This document shows, piece after piece, positions 1 to 12,940 of a stretch of DNA of 64,000 nucleotides; within the stretch, counting starts at the first letter, position 1, and each line of letters begins with the position of its first letter. Made by a program: the position numbers and the translations under genes. Source of the stretch: Octopus sinensis (lineage: Eukaryota). The notes under the pieces are model-generated. The model was not told the origin of the DNA and did no database searches. It worked only from the letters and a program-made list of their open reading frames with translations. The stretch spans positions 57,672,464-57,736,463 of the forward strand of contig NC_043011.1 of the NCBI RefSeq assembly GCF_006345805.1, written 5' to 3'.

Positions 1-79
1 AAACACACACACACACACAGAGTCTAATCAAAACTAAGCAGGCCGGAACAATGGAATCCTGTCAACAATTTCCATTGTT

Positions 80-228
80 AAATTGGGAAGTAGCTTGCTT
101 ACCAACCACATAGTTCCGGGCTCAGTCCCACTGCGTGGCACCTAGGTCAAGTACCTTCTACTATAGCCTCAGGCCGAGCAAAGCCTTTCAAGTGGATTTA
201 GTTGACGGAAACTGAAAGAAGCCCGTCG
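80..228 (+). mobile_element. SINE family B 5' half
   Basis: agtagcttgcttaccaaccac...gacggaaactgaaagaagcccgtcg followed by (TA)n. Confidence 0.75.
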
Positions 229-232
229 TATG

Positions 233-291
<59 letters not shown>

Positions 292-312
292 GTATGTATA
301 TATATATGTTTG

Positions 313-351
<39 letters not shown>

Positions 352-355
<4 letters not shown>

Positions 356-545
356 AAGTTTACGAATAAAACAAAAGACGAAGACAGGTGGTGTACAAAA
401 CAAACAGATGTATTAGTATAACGCTCAGGAATAGAAAAAGTGTTTTACGTTTCGAGCCTACGCTCTTCTACAGAAAGGGACACAGAAATAAACAAGGAGA
501 GAAACAAGGAGAGAAAAAATGTGTCTAGTGGCTAACGATCTATCA
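352..545 (-). mobile_element. Penelope-like element tail fragment (family P1) with hammerhead-like motif
   Basis: Dispersed repeat also at 7862, 52190 and 58470; hammerhead fold at 442-478. Penelope assignment is inferred from the minimal-hammerhead architecture. Confidence 0.6.
442..478 (-). ncRNA. Minimal hammerhead-like motif (CUGUAGA core)
   Basis: UUU-CUGUAGA-A-GAGC-GUAG-GCUC-GAAA-C-GUA-AAA; stem I only 3 bp. Confidence 0.5.
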
Positions 546-1986
546 TATATACTTATATAAATTTATATATACATATATCAATACATATATATACACACAC
601 GCACACATATATATAGAGAGATGGATATATTTATTGATACATTCATATATATCTATTATTAATATGAAATGAGATATATTGAGATATTTAGGAGCGGTTG
701 TTTAAGTGTTCGGTTAATTCTTTTGTTGCGTGAGCGCCAAGGATAGAGACAAATTGTTGTTGCTTTGTTAGTGTGGCAAATGGTAATAGAACAAGTGTCT
801 ATATCTTTAACTCTCAAAGGATCATCAAGTATTTGATATATGCATTGCCTTTTACATACTTTATATTTTTGATTCTCAAGGGAGATCAAGAACCCTAAAT
901 GGCAATGAATATATCAAACGCTTCTGTGAATTCTCTTCAGGATTATTTATTTCTGACAAACAATATCACCATTTTCCCCTTCATTTCGGATATTTATGAA
1001 TATCTTTTCTATCTCTGCAAGAACTGGTTTTTTTTGTTGTGTGTGGTTAATATTCAGCCGTTCGTTGCGAAATAATCATTTCTTTAATATTACCGGAAGA
1101 AATTTTGATTACTTTTGAGTGAATGTATCAGTAAATAGATGAGTAATACTGTATTCGATTTTCTTAGCTGAAGCTTGACAAGTTCTTTTGATAAGCCATT
1201 CCTCATTTTGCTTTAGTAGAGTTTTGGCAATGCTGTAAATAAAAACGTTCTAAAGTAGTTGTAGAAAGCCCGAGAAAGAAATCAGTGGCTGTCAGCTCCG
1301 TGTAATAGGGAAAAACTGAATTGTAACCAATTACCATTCAACATGCAAGAATTTGGAAAAACTTTCATTTCGCTGGCATAACAAATAATGCATGAACTCC
1401 GGGTCTTTGCAAACTGGGTTCCGTTGTTGGTTAACTTGACATCGTCACTGGATATTGCTTCTAATTTTGTTATTTATTTTATATAGTAATTCTTTCATTT
1501 GATAACTAATGGCCTCTCCCTTTATATTTTAAAGTTAGGGTTACATTTCAAGAGCAAAACAATTTAATAGGATTGTGTAAGATAGTTGAAGCGTCCGTAA
1601 AATATGCGACAAAAGTGTGAATAGGCTCCAAACATTTCAAATAGGATAACACTTTTTTTTATTTTCAAATGTTTGGTGATTTGTTTTGGAAGTGCTTTTC
1701 TATTGTGGTGTGATTTCTAAAGGGTTGGTTTATAAATAAACACTGGTTTGCTAGTGACATTTCGATACCAAAACTTTGCTGTTTAAAGTGATAGAGTAGT
1801 AGCGGTGTTAATCGAAAATTTTATGCTTTGTGTGAGATGGGCATGAAACACATTATCCGAAACAAGTGCATGCATACATACATACATATGTGTGTTTGTG
1901 TGTGTATTTGTATGTGTGTGTATGTATATATATATATGTGTGTACATATATATATGCACATTTATATGTACGTGTATAAGTACGAA

Positions 1987-2056
<70 letters not shown>

Positions 2057-2199
2057 CATACTCACGTGTGCAAACACACACATATGTATATGATTGTATA
2101 TACATACATATATATGTGTGTGTTTGTATATATATATATATATTTATGTAAGCATTTATATAGCTGCATATGCAGACAAACGTAAGTTATATATATATA

Positions 2200-2255
<56 letters not shown>

Positions 2256-3117
2256 GTATATATATGCCTATATTTATGTATGTATATATATACACACATA
2301 TATACATACATATATACACACATATATACATACATATATATGTACATATAGATATGTGTGTGTGTTATATGTTGTGTGAAAGGAGTAATGTATCTAAATG
2401 TTGATAGTTTATTGGTAAATTTTGCTAAAACGCTGTATACGTTTATCATGTCGCATGTCGCCAAAACGCGATAAAATTAATATTATGTATCCACTGCATT
2501 ACATTTTATGTGGTGCGTTAATAATGGGAGATTGGTGTTAGTGTTGTTATACTGCATAAAGCAAACGTGAACTTTGGTAGGGAAGCATTTATAATGAAAC
2601 GTAATATTTCCAAAGACAGGAGAAGAATGAAATGGCAGAGTTCCAATAGATGTAAAATGGAAATCTGAAGAATAGTTGGTATAAACACAACAGCGCTAAA
2701 ATAGACAATTGATGCAGTTTATTCATAAAAGGAGGAAATGATAAAAGAAGATTTTAATAAGGTGACCAAAGGAGGGAATTGTTAAAAAACAAACTCTATT
2801 TCATTCGTTTGGTTTCAATCGTTGTATAGCTGTGATGCTGTGGCAAAGCTTTCCATTGTTTCGTACCTATCGAATTAATACTGCTATAACAGTAGGAAGC
2901 ACTGAGATCGAACTCAGAATGTATAGCTGTAAGGCATATATCACAATCACACTATGGTGTCTGCTTCCAGTTCAGTACTCTCAGACAGAATCAGTAAAGT
3001 ACCATGTCAACCTGAAAGGTATCATGGTTTAAATTAATCCGGAAATGTTAAAGCTATTTTTTGAAACCAACGCTCGAAATACCCTAAATACTAATGAGAA
3101 AAGCAATTGTTTTTGGG

Positions 3118-3310
3118 AGATGTACTTGCATAGCAAGTGACCTGATCTGAGATCGTGTGTGGAACGAAAACAATTGCAGCGTGGAATGTGTTTATAAATC
3201 ATTTAAAAGCACACAAAAACCATTAGATTCACTTCAACATTTAAATTTAATTTGCCAGAATATTTTCGTCGCTTTGGGACCGCGACCTGATCACTGACAA
3301 AATCCCGTAG
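3118..3310 (-). mobile_element. Penelope-like tail fragment (family P2); decayed homolog at about 53380-53550
   Basis: Shared cacacaaaaacc(a/g)ttagattc(a/g)cttcaacatttaaatttaattt...gctttg(g/a)ga(c/t)cgcga block at both loci; hammerhead fold at 3251-3301. Confidence 0.6.
3251..3301 (-). ncRNA. Type I minimal hammerhead ribozyme, G3-C8 core variant
   Basis: UUUGUCA-GUGAUCA-G-GUCGC-(9 nt)-GCGAC-GAAA-AUAU-UC-UGGCAAA: 7-bp stem I (one GU), 5-bp stem II, palindromic AAUAUU stem III, UUC triplet. Confidence 0.7.
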
Positions 3311-5604
3311 GTTCTTTATGTTTAAAGTTAAAATTAGAACTTATATAAGAAATGATCTCCGAGCTAAACTGTGAAAAGAACAACTTCTTAAGAGGGTAAA
3401 TACTGTTATTAAATGAAAGTCTCCGGAGTTCTTGAAGATTTCTAACTTGTAACTAAAAACCTCTGTACAATGTATTTTCTTGAAACCGTGACCAGAAAAA
3501 GGCTAACTAATCTTGAACCTGCTGCATTTTAAAGAATTTTTAGTGATTTTCTTGGCACAGCTTGTGAGCTGAAACAAGTTAAAAAATAAAAAACTATGAT
3601 AAAATAAGTTGCTTAAATTGAATATTTGAAAACATACATTACGTTTTTCATTTTCTTCATATAAATGCCACTAAATAAGTTACTTGACATTCGCTGGACT
3701 GTGTATGTGAAGTGACAAAATATATTTGACTGCAGGGTTGGCTGCGTGGATATGAAGTTCGCTTCACAACTACCTGCTCACGAGTTCTAATCCTGCAGGG
3801 ACCTAGCTTGGGTAATATGTCTTGGTGTTGCTTCTTGTCAATCAATATATTATGAGGGGAATTTGGTCGAGAAAAACTATGTGGAATCCTGTCATATATA
3901 TATATATATATATATATATCTTTGCACAGTACCGAGGGGTAAAATATAATTTGCAGAAACTGATAAATTGTAAATCGAAAGCTATACGTTTAAATTGATA
4001 CAGATTGGAGAAAATCAAAAGAGCTAATAAAATAATTGATGCTAAATTATGTTGAGAGACAGACTAAGATGTGAAGAGGTAAACCACGGCGAGATTTGCC
4101 CGTACAGTTACACCCTTTGTAATGTTGCTCTTGCTTGAGGTTCTACCCTGAAGAGACACTGTCTTCCTTATTTGCTCTCACAGATAGACCATGGTGAGAG
4201 GGATCTTATCATAAATAATTTTTTATAAATTTTTGTTTTCGTGGTTTACTGCGTCCAAGACAGCATGCTGGTAGAAATGTTGGGCCGGAAAAAATTGCTT
4301 AATGCCATTTCTTCCGGCTTTACATTCATATTCCACCGAGATCAACTTTGCCTTGCTGTGAGGGTTGGAAAATGAGTACCTAAGTTGTAGATCCCCTCCC
4401 CATAAATTTTAGACCTCGTGCCAGTAGTAGAAAGGATTGTTTTAGACATCCACCGGCCACTTGGTTAGCAGAATCGTTAGATCTTAGCAAAGAATGCATT
4501 GCTATATTTCTTCCGGCTCTGTACATTCTAAGTTCAAGTTCTGTCGGTTTCATTTTTGCTTTCGGAGTACGTAAAATAAAGAATGACTCAAAAATTGAGA
4601 TTGATGGTAACGACTAACGTCTTACCGAAAGATTGCCGTCTTTCTGTTCAAATCAGAAACAATTATTAAAGAAATCATTGTGTCAGTGAGACAAAATTAT
4701 TGCCATTCTGAATAAATTTTACATTTCGTGGGGGGTTTTACATTATTGTAACTAACTGATCGACTTACCCCAGCCCAGCCCTAAATTAGAGCAACTTTCT
4801 TCTTCATAGCATACGTTGTTGCCCATTTCTATAAGTATGTATTGTCTTCCAGAAGGGATGTCGTTCTAACTAAATACAAACAATCATACCAACAATAGAT
4901 AAGCAAGCACTTTTCAGGTTTGGTTATAAAACATATCAGAAGAAATAAAAGATATGAGAAAGATAGGGTGCTTTATTGTCTGTGTTGTCAATATTGGAAT
5001 AATGGTTCTAAGAATACATCTGTCATTCAAATTTAGTGTAATTCTTCGGAATGGTCTGCAAAGTTGATGTTGTAAAATGCCCAACAAAGTTTAAATTCTA
5101 TTTGCGTCTTTGGAACTTTGCCATTCTTTCTTTCTAATTCTTTTGCTTCTGTGTTTGGAACTGGTAAAGTTTGGTTAAAGAACGGATACATATTTATTTA
5201 TCTATTTATTTAGTTGATTATTTGTTTGGAGACTCCAAGAGCACAGATGTTGACAATGGTAAATGTTCGACATTTGAAACTGAAAGGTGGAGAAAGATAT
5301 GAGGCACACACCGTACACATATGTATCTATATATTTATGAAGTTATGTACGTAAATATGTATGTATTCTTGTATGCATTATGTATGTATATACACGCACG
5401 TATATGCTTATATAGGAATATATAAATATACACACAAACATATACATATGCATACACGTGAATCTATATATATATGCATATATAAATATGTGTGTGTATG
5501 TGTGTGTAAAACATATATAGATGCATGTATATAAAATATATGTATGCATGTATTATGTGTATGTGGATATATATGTAAATGTATACACACACACACACAC
5601 ACAT

Positions 5605-5661
<57 letters not shown>

Positions 5662-7783
5662 ATATATATAAAAGAAAGGAAGAATGAAAAAACAGACGGA
5701 TGATAGAAGACGGAGCAGATTTGAATCTAAAGGAATTTTGACAGGTTGAATAAGATAAAGTTTTAATAGAATTCAACCGATGCTGAAATAGGATTTTTTT
5801 TTTCTTTATGAAGATAGACTTGTTGATAAAACGAAAAAAAGATTTACATGTTATCTCTGTAAGGAAAGAAAGGAAGAAGGAGAGAGTAAATCTTTTTTTC
5901 GCACTAAAACCACAAAAGACGATATCATTAAATCTTCCACTGAAGTTTGGTCTGAGAAATGGCAAAAGATAAAAACTAATATAGGCTATAATACTTCGTT
6001 TAGTTTTATTAGATTTCAGGGAAGCGGTTAGTAAGTGATGAGAATATTATTACAATCAAATGTTCCATTTTTGTTTTAGTTAAAGAAGCTTTATTTTGGT
6101 AAATAAGTACAAATGTCTTTGCATGTTAGTAGTGGACGTCTTCGGTAAAAAAAAAATCATTTAGAAATGGTTGAGAAATCTGGTATTTTGGAGGAGAGAC
6201 AAAATTATTTATGTCTCAATCGATGAAGAGAAAACTTTCTTGGTAGACCATTCTTTCACAAAGTATTCTATGAATATAAAACTACAGTACTATCTTGGGA
6301 TCTTTTCGCTTTGACCGTCAGATTTTTAAATAATTGTTGTTGACAAAGATCCGGAGATATTGTATTCACCTCAATAGACGTCATTGATTGGTTGAAATTG
6401 CCGAAATGCAAATAGCTTAGAAACTACAGAATTTTTTCGAGAAAGCCAAGAGAAAAAGATGTTTTATAAACATCCCTATCTTGAAATATTAAGAATAATA
6501 TTTTTTTCTGTTTTGGCACGTTTTTATTTGCCAGACTGAGGAAATTTAGCTTAATGCATTGGATTTTCTTAATCTGATGGATTAGCTGGGTCAGCGATGA
6601 GCAGATATTCCTACGCGTACGTGAATCTGAGGTATATAGAAATGGCGGAGTTATTAACAGACATACATACCTTAAGGTAACTCTGGGGAAGAAATCATTG
6701 TGTCACTGTGTTACTTGGATAGAAAGGGCTCCTTAGCCGTAGTGAAGGCAATCTGTCTAGGGAGATAACCTTACAATAAATCACTCGGTCCGTAGCTTAG
6801 AAATACTGGGTTGATGTCCAGCGGGAACAGCTTTGTTTCATGGAGGAGGAAAGATCTTCTTTAGTACTTGGTTGTACAATGCTTTCCAATGTGTGTAGTA
6901 GTGGCGTGCGCACACATTATTAGCCATTTAAAAAGACTATGAAAGTCTCGACCACGGTCGAACAATGATGATGATGATGATGTTACTTGGATAACACATT
7001 GTTTTAAAAATAAATAAATAATAAAGAAATAAAGAAATTTATTAATCCAATTTACATCGAATATTTTTTAGCGATTACAAACAATAAGAAAGATTACAAA
7101 GAATTTTCAGAAATTGCATGGAAAGCTCTTTGGCAGCTTGGCCGATCTGGTCAAGTTGGTAGGAGGTAAAAAATAAAAAAATAAATAGGTCAATAATTAT
7201 TTAAAAAAAAAAGAGAAATGTCCTTTGCATTGCTAGCAAGTTGGTCAAAACCTTATATAAAAAGTAAATCTCTTTAAGTCTGGAAATATGAGATATTACA
7301 AATATTACATTTGTAATATTTGAATATTTGCAATATTTACTGAATCAAACTCATTTATAAACTTTACTCTATAGACCTACAGTACTTATAGGTCTATAGA
7401 ATTAAGTTTATATATTAGTTTGGCTCAGCAGAAGGTGCGTATTTAATAATTTTTTGAAATTTGACAGCGAAAATAGCTTTTCAGCTTTCGTGGTAAAGTA
7501 TTATTTCATATGTTAATACAGATATAAATGAAGTATTTTTTTTAGAAATTGATAATCAGCAAAAGAGCGTTTCAAAATTCGAGTCAGCGATACTTCTTTT
7601 TTGGTGGTATATTCAAGCTCGAGGATGACCACAAAGAGGTCAACACCATACGGTCTGGTGGTTTGGTGTTTAGAAGATGGTTCACTCCCTTGCTTGCAAT
7701 ATATATTAGGTGCAGATTACATCGAATAACCATCTGGAGGAGGCTAAAAGTCTCCATGGCTTAAAAATAGCAGTAACATCGGT

Positions 7784-7819
<36 letters not shown>

Positions 7820-7828
7820 ATATAACCC

Positions 7829-7861
<33 letters not shown>

Positions 7862-7863
<2 letters not shown>

Positions 7864-8070
7864 CGGGATGCTTTATGAAAATAAACAAAAGACGAAGGCA
7901 GGTGAAGTACAAACAAACAATTGTATTAGTATGGCGCTCAGGAATATAAATCAAACAAGTCTTTTACGTTTCGAGCCTACGCTCTTCAACAGAAAGATAC
8001 ACAGAAAAGAAACACGGAGAGAAACAAGGAGAGAAAACAATGCGTGCAGAAGCTAGCGATTCAACATGGC
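7862..8070 (-). mobile_element. Penelope-like tail fragment (family P1)
   Basis: Homolog of 352-545. Confidence 0.6.
7960..7997 (-). ncRNA. Type I minimal hammerhead-like ribozyme, U6 core variant
   Basis: UCUUU-CUGUUGA-A-GAGC-GUAG-GCUC-GAAA-C-GUA-AAAGA: 5-bp stem I, 4-bp stem II, ACGU palindrome, GUA triplet. Confidence 0.6.
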
Positions 8071-8638
8071 GATATATATATACACACACAATATAAGTGA
8101 GTGTGTCTACTTATTCATATATATGTGTATATATTTATATACATATGCGATTATCATTTATATGTAAATAAATAAATGTATTTATATATAAATATACATC
8201 TATCTTTCTGTCTATCATATATGTATATCGATGTGTGTACATGCAAAGGGAAGCAAGCATTGCTGTCATAATATAGGCAACATCAACTTGAATCATGTTG
8301 AAAACCGTTTTAAACGTGACGAAAGATGGAGAGATTCGTAATTTGATTGTTGACTACATTCTTTTGCTATCAAGTTTTGTTTAAATTAATAATTCGTTCG
8401 AACAAAGTCTAAAGTGAATTTCTATAAGTCACACACATACACACAAACCAAGCCCCCCACATACACACGAACACACAATGCTAAACCGTAAATACTTGTC
8501 TCAGTTAAAGTGTACGACGTAACTTCAAACCACACACCTATACAATCGTACATATACCTACACACAAATGGATATATATATATATATATACACCTAAATT
8601 CAAATATATAAAACGGTAATTTTCTACTAGTATGTTGA

Positions 8639-8720
<82 letters not shown>

Positions 8721-8959
8721 GATAATATATATATAATTAAGACAATAGAGATGTAGCATTTAATAAAAGTTTATTATCTGCAAAAATCCAGCATAATCTA
8801 TTACAGCTGTTTCAATTAAGCCTAAAGATTAAAGTAGCAATTATTAAATCATTATATTAGGCAAAATCTCGTCAGAGGAGTAGGAAAAGATACACGGTTA
8901 GGTTATTAGCTGTTGTGTTTTAGAATCATCTCAGCAGACTCCGAGATTATTCTAAAACA

Positions 8960-9290
8960 CTGAGCAACGTCTAAACAGTTTCCTCCTAGCAGAAGATTCC
9001 AGACGCCTACACGACTGACCGATCCACGAAAAATGAGGTCCAGGTTCGTGAACCGACGCAGCATTCTCGTTCTACTGCATGAACGGAATCACCGTTTGGT
9101 GGGTTATGCAATCTTGAAAAGGTCCCCTGTATAGGGGACTAGCGTCTGGTAAGAAAACATGCAGGTAACACCGTCTGTGTTTCAAAGACGTGAGCAAGAG
9201 AAGCATAAAGATTCTTTACATGAAAGTTAAAAGGTGAGAGGACGTTGCTGGTCATCGCTGACGGTGGACAAAGGAATTGACCAAAGGATG
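8960..9290 (+). mobile_element. Decayed RTE (BovB-like) LINE, RT C-terminal fragment
   Basis: Pseudo-translation EQRLNSF...LYRGLASGKK...RLCFKDVSKR resembles the RTE motif E.RLNSFH...LYGELASGKR..GRP.LR(F/Y)KDVCKR; many stops and frameshifts. Confidence 0.65.
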
Positions 9291-10166
9291 ACATGATCTA
9301 CAGGAATGGTTCGGATACAATGATGTAAAAGGGAAAAACTGAAACTTACACGTACGCGCGCACACGCACTGTCTTTCTTTTGCGTGTCCAGTGTCACGTG
9401 TGGAACTGAACCCTAAAAGCACGTGATTTAGGGTTTAGTTCTACTTTACCGTACCTTCATCAATTTCCTTCTACCACAACGCTGGGCCGGTCAATGCTTT
9501 GTAGATTAATTTGGTAATCGAAAACTGCGTGGAACCCGTTACATATATATATATATGTGGGGGGGGGTATGTGTGTGTGTGTTTGCGTGTGAATGAGTTT
9601 GCGAACCATACACACCGCTTCAAAAGCGGTTGGCGAAGTCTTTTCAGACAGTGCTCCAGTATGGCCATAGTTCAATGACTACGACAAGTAAAAAAGGAAA
9701 TGTAAAAGATATAGCAACACGTGTAGCAAACCTTACTTCAAACTAAATATTCCAATTTATTGCCAAAAAAAAAAAAAACAAAAGGAAAGAAACACAACAA
9801 ATAAACAAATAAAGAAAGGAAGCGCAATGTTTATCATCGCCACGGAACCATAAATCAACAAGGAAACTGGCATGAATAAGATTATCAATGTTCGTTTATT
9901 AGGTTTTTAAAAGAATGAAGTACAAGAGCAAATTGTAAAATACATAGAACATATCTTATGCTATAAATAATATTTAATAAATTTTCTTTCGCTACGGTAT
10001 CTGTCTTAATAGCAAAATACAAGTCAAAACTCGAAACAAAAATATACGATCTGTTGTTTGTAGAAATAAACCAAGAAACCTCTAACAAGTCACTCAAATT
10101 GCAAGGTTGCCAGAAAATCGTTTTCAGATACTAAACTTTCTCTCTGAAATTAATGAAATATATAGA

Positions 10167-10560
10167 ACTAGCAGTATCGCCCGGCGTTGCTCGGGTTTGT
10201 AAGGGAAATAACTATACAGCATTTTTAGAGAGTTATAGCCAAAAAATAGCAAAAAAATGCATTAAAAATGGAAAAAATATGATGGTAATTTTTTTTTTAA
10301 ATCGTTGACTCATAGTAGACATTTTTAGAGAGTTACTTCCCTTTAAAAAAATATGCATGAAAATGGAAAAAATGATGGTAAATTATTTTTAAAATCGTAG
10401 ACTCATCGTAGACGCGCGCTAATAACCAGAAGGGCTCGATATGATCACGACTATAAGATACCCGGTTTTGGTTAAACTGCACCGCAAAATGTGGGAGTAG
10501 TTAGGAATCTAAATCGAAGGGGACAGACACTCACACAACTACAGTTTTATATATATAGAT
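10167..10560 (+). mobile_element. Non-autonomous Helitron/Helentron-like element (HINE/Lep1-like)
   Basis: Starts actagcagtatcgcccggcgttgctcggg (5' hairpin cccg/cggg), ends tatatatagat, has an internal tandem module; inverted second copy at 19935-20334. Class is inferred from terminal style. Confidence 0.65.
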
Positions 10561-10634
10561 AAACTAAATGCTAAATATACACATTAACTAACAACGGTAA
10601 TAAGTAATAAGCTAATAAGTACACATTTTGCAGT

Positions 10635-11170
10635 CCTGATTGAGGTGCATTTCCAACCGACAGAAATTTTCATTTCTGGTATAAGATAATGAATGAATGC
10701 CAGAAACTAAGAGGGGTCCGTAACAGCTTCAGCAGCGATCCATATACAGAGACATTATTTCATAATATGCGACCGTAATCTTCTGCTAGAAGGAAAGTGT
10801 TTAGATGCTGCTCTTGTTTGAAGTAGACACTTCAAGTCTCACCGCCATAGTTCGCTGTCGAGACAAACTCTGTCGGCTGCAACCATTGCATGCGCGCGTA
10901 GTTTACTGTTTCCCAGACCTTCATCAAAAGCTTAGTTAATGATGAGTCTGCTCTCCCAATTTTTCAGTTGTTCTCAGATTCTAGTGAAAGCTTATCTGAG
11001 ATGGTGGAGCCATGTAATATCTCCAGCTTGACACTAACAGTATTAGAGTGCTCAACACCTTGGTTCAGCGCTTTTATCTCCTTGAGACTGATGGCCGAGT
11101 CTTGACAAGCTTTTGTGAAACTATCCAAGAGATGTTGCATCTGTTCTGATTGCGTTGTGATGAATACTTT
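10635..11170 (-). mobile_element. Decayed RTE (BovB-like) LINE, RT fragment
   Basis: Pseudo-translation QMQHLLDSFTKACQD..ISLKE...LHGSTISDKLSLESE...KIGRA...KVW...YGGET*SVY..QEQHLNTF follows the RTE RT thumb region. Confidence 0.7.
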
Positions 11171-11323
11171 GCGTTCTCAATCTAGACAAAGTAAACAGTT
11201 TCCTGTTTGATTTACTTTAAAGGTAGATGCCATTGATTATTATTCTAAAGGTGTGCTTCAGTAAAAATGATGTGTACCATGTCTACCAGTGTACGTGGAT
11301 GCTAGCCTTTCCGTGAGCGGACA

Positions 11324-11603
11324 GGATGCCGAATGTACTTTTGTCGAAGAACAAGAAGCCGAAGCCAAGAAGTCGAACGGACCTAAAGCCGAACGGACAC
11401 AATTTAGAAAAAAAAAAATCCTACCTACATAGTTTAATGACTAATCACAAATTTGGTACTTGAGATTTACCGGGATTAAATTTTAATTTTCGTCTGTCCA
11501 TTCGGCCTCTTGTCCGTTTGGCTTTATGTCTTTTTGGCATTGTGTCCGTTCGGCTTTATGTCCGTTTGACTTGTTGTCCTTCGGCAAAGTGCATTGTGCA
11601 TCC
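11324..11603. mobile_element. Foldback-like element with inverted arrays of ~15-bp subrepeats
   Basis: Ends ggatgc / gcatcc; left arm repeats aaagccgaacggac, right arm repeats its reverse complement gtccgttcggcttt. Confidence 0.65.
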
Positions 11604-11883
11604 CGTCTGTGTACCAACCTATCACTTAGGATATCTCAGAAACAACCGTAAGACTTGAAATTCACCTTACCCTAATTAAATTATTCTAAATAACTTGAGA
11701 TACTCGTCCTGTCTTGGTTTTCTCGTTCCTTTTCCTTCAAAATGAGGAGTAGATGAACAGCCGACAACTGATGAAGGGTCGTTCTTTATGTTCCTTCTCC
11801 TGTTTTCCATTTGTTTCTCTCGTTGTTCATGATTTCAACTCTTTTGTTTTCGTATTTCATGGTTTGGGATGTCCTCCACCCAT

Positions 11884-11884
11884 A

Positions 11885-11954
<70 letters not shown>

Positions 11955-11963
11955 CCTACCTAC

Positions 11964-12035
<72 letters not shown>

Positions 12036-12055
12036 TTATCTAACTATCTATCTAT
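11884..12055. repeat. (TATC)n microsatellite; similar tracts at about 22255-22345, 28330-28500, 51840-52050 and 55995-56180
   Basis: Direct inspection. Confidence 0.95.
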
Positions 12056-12060
12056 ATATA

Positions 12061-12091
<31 letters not shown>

Positions 12092-12355
12092 ATATATATA
12101 TATATATATTATATATTATATATATATAAAGAGAGAGAGAGAGAGAGAAAGAGAACGAGAGATAGATAAATAGATAGGTAGATAGACTTATAGATAGATA
12201 GGTAAATAGATCGATAGATAGATACGCACGCTTCGAAGCGTTTCTAATACAGTTATCGACTGTAGGTGACCGTGGGGTAGGGTGGGGTGAAGGACATACT
12301 CTATCAGAAGATTTGAACACTACTACGAAAAACACTGGTGTTTGATACAGAGAGG

Positions 12356-12391
<36 letters not shown>

Positions 12392-12909
12392 CGGTTACTT
12401 TCATAGAATTTCTGTTTGTCTTAATAACTGACGAGATGCCGGAGCAGTTTTCCACCCCGACATCCTAAAATCGGAGTTTTATTATGACAACCGATATTAT
12501 ATTATATATATTATATTATATTATATTATATTGTTATACATATTATATTACAGATATGTTCCTCTAGTTACTTAATATCGAGATCTCATTCATTTTTTTT
12601 TGTCATACTATTGCTATTAATATATATATGTATATATGTATATATATATGTGTATATATATATAAATATGTATGTAGTAATAGTGATAGGGCAAACTTAC
12701 ATACACTTAAAGAATTAGTGCGGAGAAACCCGTACTTACACCCCTCTAATTCTCCTCTCGTTACCCTGCTGACTTGGTTGTCGGTAAAGACTTCGGGGTC
12801 TATGTTCAAATCTTTTGGGCGCTACAAACTGTTTCTAGTATAGAGGTTCTCTCAATCTCATTTGTCAACTCCATACATACATACATACATGCATACATAC
12901 ATGCATACA

Positions 12910-12940
<31 letters not shown>

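Noticed and set aside
600-1760. Possible decayed Penelope ORF (similar AT-rich stretches at about 4620-5210 and 5940-6540)
   Set aside because: No RT or GIY-YIG motif could be read with confidence by eye; needs a translated profile search.
4184-4193. 10-nt micro-exon (cacag/atagaccatg/gtgaga)
   Set aside because: Too short to distinguish from chance and not frame-preserving.
11768-11800. CTGATGA cores at 11768, 14794 and 12433 (CTGACGA)
   Set aside because: No GAAA after a closing stem II.
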